Below the pieces are notes generated by a model. It was not told the origin of the DNA. It ran no database searches and worked only from the letters and a program-made list of their open reading frames with translations. A DNA stretch of 64,000 nt from an uncultured Gemmatimonadota bacterium (GTDB lineage Bacteria; SM23-81; DAOVCL01): the NCBI GenBank assembly GCA_964626665.1, contig CAZVGK010000004.1, forward strand, positions 1-64,000, read 5' to 3'. Position numbers and translations under genes: made by a program. Positions 40,943 through 51,600 of the stretch are shown here, one piece after another. Position 1 is the first letter of the stretch. Every line of letters starts with the position of its first letter.

Positions 40943-41201
40943 ATATCCTCCTTTCATGGCGTGTCATGAGACGCGCACTGATGATCCTCACTCTATCACC
41001 ACGGTCAAAATGTGAGACGACCATCAGCCGGTCGAATCTTGAAAGGCCAAAGGAGAGGTATCGCTCTTCATCAATAGAATGATCAGAATCTGTGAAAGTG
41101 ATGGCCAGCGGATCTCCAAAGATTGTTGCTGCCTCATGAAAACTGACGTCATGTTTTCGTTTGTTCCCTTCGGCTTTTTTCGGGTCCCATTCAAATTCCA
41201 T
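40929..41201 (-). CDS. BrnT family toxin
   Basis: FEWDPKKAEGNKRKHDVSF, HSIDEER, RIISAR. Confidence 0.9.
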   Translation of the reverse strand: MEFEWDPKKAEGNKRKHDVSFHEAATIFGDPLAITFTDSDHSIDEERYLSFGLSRFDRLMVVSHFDRGDRVRIISARLMTRHERRIYEEG

Positions 41202-41524
41202 TTAATAGCCCCTTCAGAAACAACTGGCAAGCCGACTCATCAATATCGGTTCAAGTGTCTTGTGACCGGCGCGTCCAGTGAGCACTTTAGTCAATTCCGA
41301 TCACGCCTCATTTGCGGCAATTTTGAGCGCAGACTGTTCCTCAGCAGAGCAATGCTGGAGATCCTCTCTCAAACATTCAAACATGTCCAATGCGGAGCCT
41401 GAGATGTCGCTCTCTCCCTCTCCAACACTGTCGATGAACCATAGGGCGTCAACAAGTGTCTTTGCCAAGATCTGCATGATACCTTCTGTCACGATGCGTG
41501 TGTGGTCTGTGTTCGTTCTCCAGT

Positions 41525-41655
41525 GGATACCGATAGAGTTCAGCGGCGGCGGGGAGGATTACCACCAAATTTTATAAACAGAACCAACTTTGGTGAACCT
41601 CAAACTTTTAAAAGCTGTGCGCCCCCCCGCCGTCCGCTGCAACGATTTGTTAGGC
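41525..41655 (-). other. attC site (R' degenerate) closing the DUF5678-like/protease cassette
   Basis: GCCTAAC..GTTGCAGCGGACGGCGGGG...CCCCGCCGCCGCTGAAC on the minus strand. Confidence 0.75.
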
Positions 41656-41667
41656 AAGATGTTTTGC

Positions 41668-42054
41668 TTATACCTCCAATATTCCCTCATCAAAGTCTAT
41701 TTTTAATTTAAGTTCAACTAACGATTTTACTCCAAGCAATCCATCCACATAGCTTTTTGGCGGAAGGCCATGGACAACAGCTTCAACTCTTTCTATTCTC
41801 TTCCCCAAAACAACTATAGACTTCAAGGTGATTAGAGGAGCTCTTTCCACTCCACTGGCAGTAATTATTTCTATTCTCTCTTTGGATAGCTCTGGTTCTA
41901 ACCCCAAAACTTCAGCAATCTCCAATGGGATCATAGTATAAGTTGCTCCTGTATCAAGAGCCACCCTTATCTTTTGTTTGGAATTACCCTGACCCTCCAA
42001 TAAGATAGTCAATATAATTACTGGTGCTTTGGTATTAAATCTAAATTTCGACAT
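41668..42054 (-). CDS. Retropepsin-like aspartyl protease (integron cassette)
   Basis: ALDTGATYT, TASG flap, DGLLG. Confidence 0.82.
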   Translation of the reverse strand: MSKFRFNTKAPVIILTILLEGQGNSKQKIRVALDTGATYTMIPLEIAEVLGLEPELSKERIEIITASGVERAPLITLKSIVVLGKRIERVEAVVHGLPPKSYVDGLLGVKSLVELKLKIDFDEGILEV

Positions 42055-42271
42055 AGAATGCAACCGCATAACCCTTTTTGGGGATCTTCCCTGTATAGAA
42101 ATGGTAGGTATATTTACCTTTTGCTTTTCTCATTGCAGCATAGGTATCATCTCTATTTTTGGAATGGACTATCACCCTCACTTCTGTAGGTTCTCCTAAT
42201 TCATCCTCTTTCAATACCTCAGCTAATACCCATTCATCCCAATATTTTTTCTCTATCTCTTTCACCTTCAC
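42041..42271 (-). CDS. DUF5678-like small protein (integron cassette)
   Basis: IEKKYWDEWVL...VIVHSKNRDD.Y; overlaps protease start; RBS GGAGG. Confidence 0.65.
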   Translation of the reverse strand: MKVKEIEKKYWDEWVLAEVLKEDELGEPTEVRVIVHSKNRDDTYAAMRKAKGKYTYHFYTGKIPKKGYAVAFYVEI

Positions 42272-42291
42272 TTTTGCACCTCCAGTATAAT

Positions 42292-42325
42292 GCCTAACTA
42301 AGGATTATATGGTTTCCGTATAACA
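42292..42325 (-). other. Putative attI site
   Basis: GTTATACGGAAACCATATAATCCTTAGTTAGGC between the intI stop and the first cassette; GTTAGGC complements the GCCTAAC of that cassette's attC. Confidence 0.55.
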
Positions 42326-42343
42326 CCCTTGCACCTCTTCTTT

Positions 42344-42490
42344 TCATAGAGCGTCCACAGGACTGCGTACTCCCTTTCCGCCTCGATTTAGGACATGCGT
42401 GTAGACTATCGTTGTCTTGATGTCCTTGTGGCTGAAAGGTTCCTAAACGGTCCGAATATCATAACCGCCTTTCAGCAAATAGGTCGCAGT
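42344..42490 (-). pseudogene. intI: Integron integrase C-terminal relic
   Basis: [46 protein letters not shown], the characteristic IntI C-terminus, with an internal stop. Confidence 0.85.
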
Positions 42491-43296
42491 GGATTTCCCG
42501 AACCTTTTCAAATGTGCGTGAAATGGCTGTTTCACGATGTCGGGAGGAATGGTCAACCGGTTTTTGCTTCCCTGCTGCGACATCTTTCGGATCAAAATGG
42601 GCTTTGCAATCCGAAAATCTGATTTAGGGCGAGAAAACTAAAATCCTCCCCAATTCCCTCGATGCACTCGTGCAACTTCAACTGTTCCAGGATGCAAGGC
42701 GCATGCCCCAATATCGCAATCACCAATATGATACCTCCCTCCCCCAGCATGTCAAGCAGATTGTTTTGTTTTTCTGACTGATAGCCCCACCAAGTTACCA
42801 CCTCCCAAAGGTCCATTCGAGAGCTCTACCCTGGAGAAGGCAATGCTTGTTCTGTGACTAGAAAACTCCAAAAGCATTAACAGAGAAGCCATATTATTTT
42901 CTCGGTAATAGAGAACAAAGGGGATGGTTTAGGCGAAAATATAGGTTCGTTAATTTACTTTGCCCAGTTGAAAATAGGTGCTGAATTCTCCTGAATGATT
43001 CGGAGTTGGTTCAAGCTTTTAACCCCTTCCCGCATTCCAATTTGATTCTTCTTTTTTGCTCAGGGCGGGGTGGGTATTGCACAATGAGGTAGGCGCTCCA
43101 CCAATGGATTAAGTAGCCTCCAAGGCTTTGTCCTGCCTGTCCCGAGAGAAATCGTGGGAACGCCTCCCGACAAAGAGTCGGGATACTTGGACTCGTGCCT
43201 CACCGCCCCGCCCCCTCTTTTCCTCAAACATCGATTTTCAATTTATCAAGCCCGGTTGTCAAAAATACGGGAAGTGTTCCTAATTTCGATCACTTC

Positions 43297-43635
43297 TTAC
43301 AGAAATTCGATATGGTTCTTCATATCTTCAACTGATAAGAGATCAACCAGTAACTTTATTCGCCGGATACATTCACCGATACTCAACTTTTGTGGATGAG
43401 CGTAAATGATCCCGTAGTATTCTTTCTTCTCTTTGGTCCACTTATCAGCCAACATCAGAAAATCGTCATCTCTCGTGAAAACCACAGCTCTTATCTTAGA
43501 GGCGTATTTCAACTGTTCTTCATCAGTCATACCCAAATTCCCTGCATCCCTTGCAGACCAAGCTTCTATACCCCTTCGCTTAAGCCCTTCGGTAATAGCA
43601 ACATTTACACTCTCATTAGTGTAAACCTTGATCAT
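43297..43635 (-). CDS. DUF5615 PIN-like protein (putative toxin)
   Basis: YTNESV...GLKRRG, DEEQL.YA, TRDDDF, GIIY. Confidence 0.8.
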   Translation of the reverse strand: MIKVYTNESVNVAITEGLKRRGIEAWSARDAGNLGMTDEEQLKYASKIRAVVFTRDDDFLMLADKWTKEKKEYYGIIYAHPQKLSIGECIRRIKLLVDLLSVEDMKNHIEFL

Positions 43636-43958
43636 CCCCTGAGAAGTCCTTCAATTTTGGAGATATATATTTTTTTCAGCTCGGCAGTCCTCTTCTCTTT
43701 AATTGCCATCTCTTTGTCAAGTTCTGTTTGATTTTCATAGTAGTAAGACAAGGCGTCGTGGATTTGGGATAGATTTAGGTGGGGATGAGCATTAGCTATC
43801 TCATCTGGCGAGTATCCAAGCCGGTCGTACTCGACAGCGATATCTATCACACGGGTTCTAGTTCCTACAATAATTGGGCTGCCGTCGCATATTCTTTTGT
43901 CCCTTATAATATACGCATGGTTTACTTTCTTTTTTGCCAATGTTTTGGGGGCCATCAA
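43632..43958 (-). CDS. DUF433 protein (putative antitoxin)
   Basis: ICDGSPIIVGTRTRV...SPDEIA..HPHLNLSQIHDALSYYY. Confidence 0.88.
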   Translation of the reverse strand: MMAPKTLAKKKVNHAYIIRDKRICDGSPIIVGTRTRVIDIAVEYDRLGYSPDEIANAHPHLNLSQIHDALSYYYENQTELDKEMAIKEKRTAELKKIYISKIEGLLRG

Positions 43959-44365
43959 TGTCTCCTTCTCACATTACCCGTTTGATGTTCACTTTATCGA
44001 TTTTCATGTTTTACTAAGCTCTTTCCCTTTTCCTTGGCTCTTTGTATTTCACATCATCGGTGGAGGGGTCACAGAATATTGAATTCTTAACGATCTAGAT
44101 ATATCGTAATAGTATTTAATTGATTGTCAAGCGTCAAGATTTGACTCCATAGAGTATTGGAAAACATCTTTGTCGTTGCTAACTTCGCCATTTTCAACTC
44201 CTGAGAATTTTAGTCTTACCAGTTAAGAATATAGCGCAGTATAGAGCTTTAGGCAAGGGAAATTTGATTCAAATCTCTGGGAAGCTAATGTGGAAGTAAG
44301 TTACAGAATGGGCCGCCCCTTAATAACCGTTGAGAACCCAAAAATGCACTCAAAAAGTACATACC

Positions 44366-44632
44366 TTATTTGGCGATAAATTTGTCGCCTTTCTTCTCAA
44401 TTCGCAATAGTGGAAGGAGAATCTCACGCCAGTCATCAATTGACCCGTTCACACCATTTATTTCAAGCCCTTCAGGATCGTAGTATACTTCCAACTTTTC
44501 ATCGCAACAACCACATTTCAAAAGATAACGTGGCATTTTCTTTCCTGAACCCTTTTTGTGGTAGACTCTGATTTGAGGGTAACCATCTGGCCTGATGTAA
44601 TAAAAACGATTGGTTCTTTTCAGTATGTTCAT
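44366..44632 (-). CDS. Hypothetical protein with CGCC motif
   Basis: 88-aa ORF, LKCGCCDEKLEVYY...LEINGV. Confidence 0.55.
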   Translation of the reverse strand: MNILKRTNRFYYIRPDGYPQIRVYHKKGSGKKMPRYLLKCGCCDEKLEVYYDPEGLEINGVNGSIDDWREILLPLLRIEKKGDKFIAK

Positions 44633-44820
44633 TTAACACTCCATTTGCTGAGTAAATTACTTATCATCCTATCTTCAACAATTTGGCATAGTTCATTAAA
44701 CACCGCCCGAGGGTCGTCTCCATGACAGCCGCCGTAGAAAAGCTCTGGACAACTGCCAATGAAGCATTGATCCTCGTCGGACCATTCGACGAGCTTCACA
44801 TACTTGGCTGCTTTATTCAT
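44629..44820 (-). pseudogene. HicB-like antitoxin fragment
   Basis: VEWSDEDQCFIGSCPEL..GGCHGDD...EL, then truncated. Confidence 0.6.
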
Positions 44821-45516
44821 TTCTTAGCCTTCTTTATAGTTACCCTTCCCTCCTCGGTCAACAAAACCCACTTTCTGCAAATCTCTTATGAGATCCCTCA
44901 CTTTCTTGGGCATTCTCTATTCTTTTGCATGACATTGTCTATCCTGACGGCCTCGTCTAAAACCGTCAGGGCAGGAACTCTGACGGCACTGAATGAAACC
45001 CGAAAGGGTAAATTCCTTTCTCCGCCTCTCGATTTAATAATACTAAATCAAATTCTTGCCGTCAAGGCCTTTCCCTTGTTTTGTTGACTGGAAACCCCAG
45101 AAGGTAACAATCCACGGGGGTCAGCATTTGGGTATTCATCTGTTGCCAGTTGTCACAGATTTTTCCTGATCCCCGGGAACTGTAAAGTTGTGGGAGAAGT
45201 CTCCAGACCTCGACAATAATCGGCATCAGGAGATGCCTCCCACATATTTTTGCCTAATTTCCGCTGTCTTATCCAATACCCACTTTAACAGCCATACCTT
45301 CCAAATCCTGATAATCCTTGAAAACTCATCTACTTTCCCTGATCCCTGGGAACTGTAACGAGTTAATTTTGCCTACTTCCGGGGGTGTTCGTATATTGAA
45401 CACCCTTGGCCGTTTTCCGTGCAAAATCCTCCTCTCCCCACCTCTCCTCAATAAATTTCCCTTATGTAACTCCCCTGTTGATTTGTAGATAAGGTCATTT
45501 TCTCCCCAAGGGGATT

Positions 45517-45531
45517 TGGCATACAAGTTGC
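45517..45531 (+). promoter_or_regulatory. Sigma-54 promoter for the giant-protein operon
   Basis: TGGCAT-ACAAG-TTGC about 130 nt upstream of ATG 45660. Confidence 0.7.
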
Positions 45532-45659
45532 AAAGTATGAAAAAGCTCATAGCAGCCAGCAATCAGGGATTTTTCGGTTGTCGGCTGTCAGTTCCTATAG
45601 ACCTTTCCTGATCCCTGGAAACTGACCCCTGGGGACTGTTAATAAATGGGAGATTAGTA

Positions 45660-48600
45660 ATGTTCAAAAGATGGCTATTGCCTTTAACCCTGCTTGTCTG
45701 GTGGTCTTTGGCTCCTTTGGCCATGGCTTATAACCATCTGGAGATAGTAACCTCTGGTGGGGAGAGCGATGAGACCCAGTCTGTTGGTTTTTCAGTGATA
45801 GTCACTGCCAGAAACCCTGACGGCTCCATTGATGCCGGTGCCTATCCCTTAGTCTCCTTCACCTCATCTGATCTTAATGCCTCCCTTCCCCCGAACAGCT
45901 ATCTTTCCGGTGGTCAGGCAACCTTCAACAACCTGGTGCTAAATACCCCCGGAAACCAGACAATTACGGTCAGTGATGTCTATGACCCAACTGTTTTGGA
46001 GGGAACCCTTCCCCTGAATGTCCACCGCTTCGTTGACCGCTTCGACTTTGACATCCCTCATGGGGCAAAGGATGTAGGGTTTCCCTTCCAGACAACCATT
46101 GTGGCCAAGGACAACACCGGAGCCACTAATACCATCTTCTCCGACAATGTGAGCTTAAGCGCTGCCGTGGGGCGGATAAGCCCCAGTTCTGTCCTGGGCT
46201 CCTCCTTTACCAATGGAGAGACCACCCTGATGGTTACCTTATATGGAACGGATCCCACCACCCATATCAATAGTATAACTTGCACCAACGCCATATCCTA
46301 CCCTGGCCAGTCCGAGCTCCCCTCTGGAACAAGCGAGAACATCACCGTCAACCCCGGTTCTTATAGCACTGTGATTCTCCTCTTTCCCGGGGAGGACCTC
46401 ACCCCCGGCACGGCTCCGGGAAAGAGTGGGGAACCAAACCAACAGGTGGCTGGAGTTCCCTTTCCTCAGGTTGAGGTTAAAGCCGTGGATGAATACTGGA
46501 ATCCGGTCTCCTCCCACCCTTATCCTACTATCTCTTTTGGTTCCACCGATACCCTGGCCACCCTTCCCGCAGCTACCTCGATGACCTCCAACAGCGAGAG
46601 CTTCTCTGGCGTGGTTTTGAAGATCGCGGGAAATCAGACGGTCACCGTTGAGGAGGATATAAACTACAATACCAGTGTAAGCACCATTCCCATCATCCAT
46701 TCTTCGGTAGACCATTTCACCTTCGCCCAAATACCCAGTCCCCAGACGACCATTACCCCCTTCAATGTCTCCATTACCGCCAAAGATGCCTTCGAAAACC
46801 GGGTCTATTCATTCAATTCAGACATCGCCTTAGAGTCCTCTACTGGACCTTATACCTATACCCCCACCTTGGTTACCCTATCAAATGGATTTTGGTCGGG
46901 GTTGGTCCATATAACCAAGAAGGCAAACAATGCCCAACTTAGCTGTGACGATCTTGCCGGTCATACAGGATTGAGCAATAACTTTACCATCAATGCAGGC
47001 CCTTTTAGCGAACTATTGATCGTCCTTCCCGGGGAGACCTATACGCCTGGAATTCCACCTGGCCGCAGCAATCCACCCACTCCTGTGCTTACTGGGGAGA
47101 CGGTCACAGCAACTATCCGAGCAGTGGACCAGTACTGGAATCAGGTGGCCGGGCCCTCGGTCCTGGTTCCCATAAGCATTAGCTCTCCCACAGGATATAT
47201 AGAGTCCTTGGATGATGGGGCTCAGCTCACCCAGTTTGGAATTGGTGATTACCGGGTGATCTTCCGCACCTATCAGGGGCAGAGGATCAGGGCGGTCAAC
47301 GGGTTCAACCCCGACATGGACGATTTGAGCAGTGTGATAATCGTCCACTCCGGACCATACTCTAAGCTTGTCCTGGCCGCCCCCGGAGAATCCCTTGATG
47401 CGGGGACCTTTGAACCAGATGGCAAGTCGGGTTCACCGACCACACAGATGGCCGGGAACAAGTTTCAGATCGAGGTGGCGGTCACCGATAGCTACTGGAA
47501 CCCTATAGAGGATCCACCCCCTTATCCTGTGATAGATTTTGCCACAAATGATCCTCAGGCGACCCTGCCCCCAGGCGGAGAGGCAATGGGGAGCCCGGTG
47601 CAGAGTTATCCGGTGACCTTAGCCACGGTGGGGTTAAATTGGCTAAAAGCCACTGACTCCAATGATTCCGACAAGGAGGATCTGGTCAACATCGAGGTCA
47701 CTGCCGGCCCCTTAGACCACTTTAGATTTAGCCAGATATCATCACCCCAACAGGTGGGGCAGCCCATCCACCAGGTGAAGGTTACCGCCAGGGATGGCTT
47801 TGGCAACCAGGTCCTTAGCTTCAACCAGGAGATCAGCCTCCTCTCCTCCACCGGAGAGGGGACATTTACTCCCCTCAGCATTACCCTGACCAACGGGGAG
47901 TGGACTGGGACCGTGACCATCTATCGGGCGGGAACGGGGGTTGAGCTCTCCTGTGAGGATGGGATGGGACATTCTGGAACGAGCAACCCATTTGATGTTT
48001 TGGCTGCCACATACAGCAAGATTCTCATCACCCTACCTGGGCAGGATTATACTCCAGGGGTGGCCCCAGGAAAGAGGGGATCGGCCACATCCACCACTGC
48101 TGGGGTCTCCATACCGGCCATGGTAAGGGCGGTAGATCAGTACTGGAACCTGGTCCCCGCTCAGCCAACTGTGAACCTCTCTACCAGCGGCTATGCGGTG
48201 ATCCCGGGAAACGACAGCAGGCTAAACCCTGATGGGACGAGGGAATTTCAGCTCCTCTTCCGCACAGCGGGGATAAATTCCGTTATAGCCAAGGATGTGA
48301 ATGACACCCTGATTGCGGATACAGGCGCAATCTCCGTCTCCCCGGCAGATTTTGTCCAGATCCAGCTCCTTGCCTCCGGGGAGACCCCTGATCCGGGCAG
48401 TCCTACGGGCAAGGTCGGCTCTATCCTTCCTCAGACGACAGGTATCATCTTCGACTGTGGGGTCAGGGCGGTGGATGAATACTGGAACCTGGTTCCCACG
48501 ATCAATGGAGAACAAATCAGGCTGTCCTCATCTGACAACTCCCTGAATGACAACAATCCGCCAAACCAGGGGCAGTCCTTTGTCAATGGGGAGATAACCT

Positions 48601-51600
48601 TCAGCATCTATTTGGCCCATACCGGGCTAATCTCTGTCACAGCTACTGACTTAGACGATATGAACAAGACCCAGACGGTGGAGATAAATGTCCATCAGGG
48701 AGCCTATTATGAGTTGATCACCCCGAATACAGTCACCGCCGGGCCACCGGCAAGCTTTCCCATGACCGTGAGGCTTATTGACCCCCAGACCGGGGAGCCG
48801 GTCAATGCCTCCCATGGTTTTTTCCTTATTCCCCTTTTGGCCAACCACGACCCCACAGACGGAACTTTGGGAACCACCAGCGGCATCCTGGATAGTGGGG
48901 TGGTGGTAATTGACCACCAGACCTACGACCAGGTGGAGTCCATCTGCATCAGGGTCTGGGATGACTACAGCAGGGAGACCTTTTCCAATACCATCCGGGT
49001 GGTGGCCGGCGATGTCTTCTATCATATATCAGTTCCGGAGGCGGCCACAGTTGGCCCCCCCAAGACCTTCCCGGTGACCGTTGAGCTGAGGGACGCCCAG
49101 ACCGGAAACCCCATCACCACCGAGGATCGGGAGGTGAAGCTTACTATCTACTCGGCCTCGAGTGGGGAACCAGGAACGGGGATAACTGATGTCACTACGA
49201 TCAACCTGATTCAGGGGCGGGCCTCAATTCAGGAAAGTTATACCAAAGCCGAGGATATATATATCGTGGCTACAGATACCTTAGGGGTGAGGGGAACATC
49301 TTCTGTCTTCCCTGTTGATCCAGATGGCTACAAGAAGCTCCAGCTTATAGCCCCAGGGGAGACTTCCCAGCCGGGCTCCATCTCGGAGAGCGGTAAATCG
49401 GGGATACCTGATCCCCAGAAGGCAGGGGTTCCCTTCACGGTTTTAGTAAGGGCTGTGGATCAATATTGGAATTTGGCCGACACAACCCAATCTGGAAGGA
49501 TCCACCTCAGTTCCAGCGACAACTCCCTGAACGAGGAGAATCCCCCCGACCAGGACCAGCCTTTCGTTAATGGGGAGAGGATATTCAACATATTCCTGAG
49601 CAATGCTGGGTTCGTTGAGGTGACCGCCTCTGACAACTCGGATCCGGCCAAGCTCCCCCAGGTGGTGCCCATTGAGGTGAGGGAGGGCCCTCATTATGAG
49701 ATCACCGTCTCTGACACCGCCCTGGCCGGGCCTCCGGCCACTTTCTTCGTGGTGGTCAAACTGATTGACCCCCAAACCGGGGAGCGTGCCTCCTCCTCCA
49801 ACAGTTTCACTATGACCCCATTTCTGGCCAATCATGACCCGGCTCATGGGGTTCTGGGCAGAACCTCAGCTACCCTGAACGACGGATCGGTAACTATAGT
49901 TGATCAGACCTACAACACCGTAGAGGATATTGTGATCAGGATAGATGATGACTACGGACGTCAAGAATATTCTCATCCCATTAGTATTACCTCCGGTGGG
50001 TTCTACTACCAGATCACCGTTCCCGATTCGGCCACAGTTGGTCCCCCCAGCTCGTTTCCGGTGGATATAACCTTAAGGGATGTAAATACCAATGCCGTTG
50101 CCGTTACCGAGAACAGGGAGCTATCGGTGGTCATCTATTCGGCTGAGACCGGCATTCCAGGGACTGGCTCTGTGGGGGTAACCAGGGTCAACCTTGAAAG
50201 GGGGAAGGCAGACTTCCTTCAGACCTACACCAAGGCCGAAGGGGTCTTCATCAGGGTCTCAGACAGCCTGGGCCTATCCGCGGTGAGCTCCGTCTTTTCC
50301 CTGGCCCCCGATAGCTACAAGAAGCTCCAGTTGGTCGCCCCGGGGGAGGCTGCCGAGCCAGGCTCCATCTCCCCCACAGGAAAGAGCGGCCTCCCCCGGG
50401 TAGAGACATCTGAGGTTCCCTTTGTGGTCACCTGCTTGGCGGTTGATCAGTACTGGAACCTAGTGGATGTCAACAACGGGGTTGTCCATATAACCTCATC
50501 GGACAGCTCCCTGGATGGGACCAACCCTCTGAACCAGGATTCCCCATTTACAAACGGGAGAGTGGACTTCGAAATAGTCCTCCATCGCCAGGGACAGATA
50601 AAGGTTACCGTTGAAGACTCAGTCAACTTAGAGAAGACCCCCCAGTCCGTGGATATCCCGGTCAATGCGGCCACTTATGAGATCACCGTTCCCACCACGG
50701 CAGTGGCCGGTCCACCAGCCACATTCCCCATAACCGTCAAGCTGATCAATCCGGCCAGCGGAGGAGTGGTCGGTGCCTCCCACTCATTCATTATCAACCC
50801 ATTTAAGGCAAATCATGACAGCACAGATGGAAATCTCCTGGTAAAAAGTGGGCTTTTGGAGAACGGGATTTCCGTAATCAACGATCAGGCTTACGACAAG
50901 GCTGAGGCCATCTGTATCAGGGTGAGGGACTACTTAGGGCGGGAGGCCTATTCTCCCCCCATAAACATCCAGGCCGGAGGGGTCTACTATGCGGTGGAGG
51001 CGCCGGATACGGCCACGGCAGGGCCGCCGGAGAGGTTTCCGGTTACGGTCAGGCTCTTAGATGCCAATACGGGCAATCTGGTAACCACTCAGGATAGGAG
51101 AGTTTGGCTTCAGGCTTATTCGGCAAGCTCGGGGTTGCCAGGGGATAGCTTAGGGGTGGGGGTGGCCCAACTGGTTGAGGGGAAGGTTACCATCCAGGAG
51201 ACTTATGCAATTGCCGAGCACATTTATATAAAGGTCTGGGACGATGGAGGGTTAGAGGCGGTCAGTCCCCCATTTCTGATCGTTGCCGGAAGGGAGGCCA
51301 GCCTGGTGGTGACGGCAAATCCGGTTATGGAGGGTGGCCAGACGACTTCCCTGGTGGCCACTCTAACCGATGCACAGGGGAACTACATCTCCAATGCCCG
51401 GTTCTCCTTCTCGGTTCTGGAGGGACCGGGAAGCCTTAATTCGTCCTCCGGGGTTACCAATGCACTGGGGCAGGCATCTGTGGAACTGACGGCCTGGCCG
51501 GGTAGCCAGGGGATCATTAGGGTGGAGGTGAGTTCTGATCTGCTTTATAAGCTAACGGAGATTGAGGTCTTGGGTCCACCCCTCACTGAGATGAGTTTTG

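Noticed and set aside
42395-42622. 75-aa plus-strand [13 protein letters not shown]...
   Set aside because: It is the antisense shadow of the intI C-terminal relic
34628-45300. Prophage or ICE integrated at tRNA-Asn
   Set aside because: No intact integrase, phage or conjugation genes, and no tRNA 3' duplication found; looks like a gradually accumulated island
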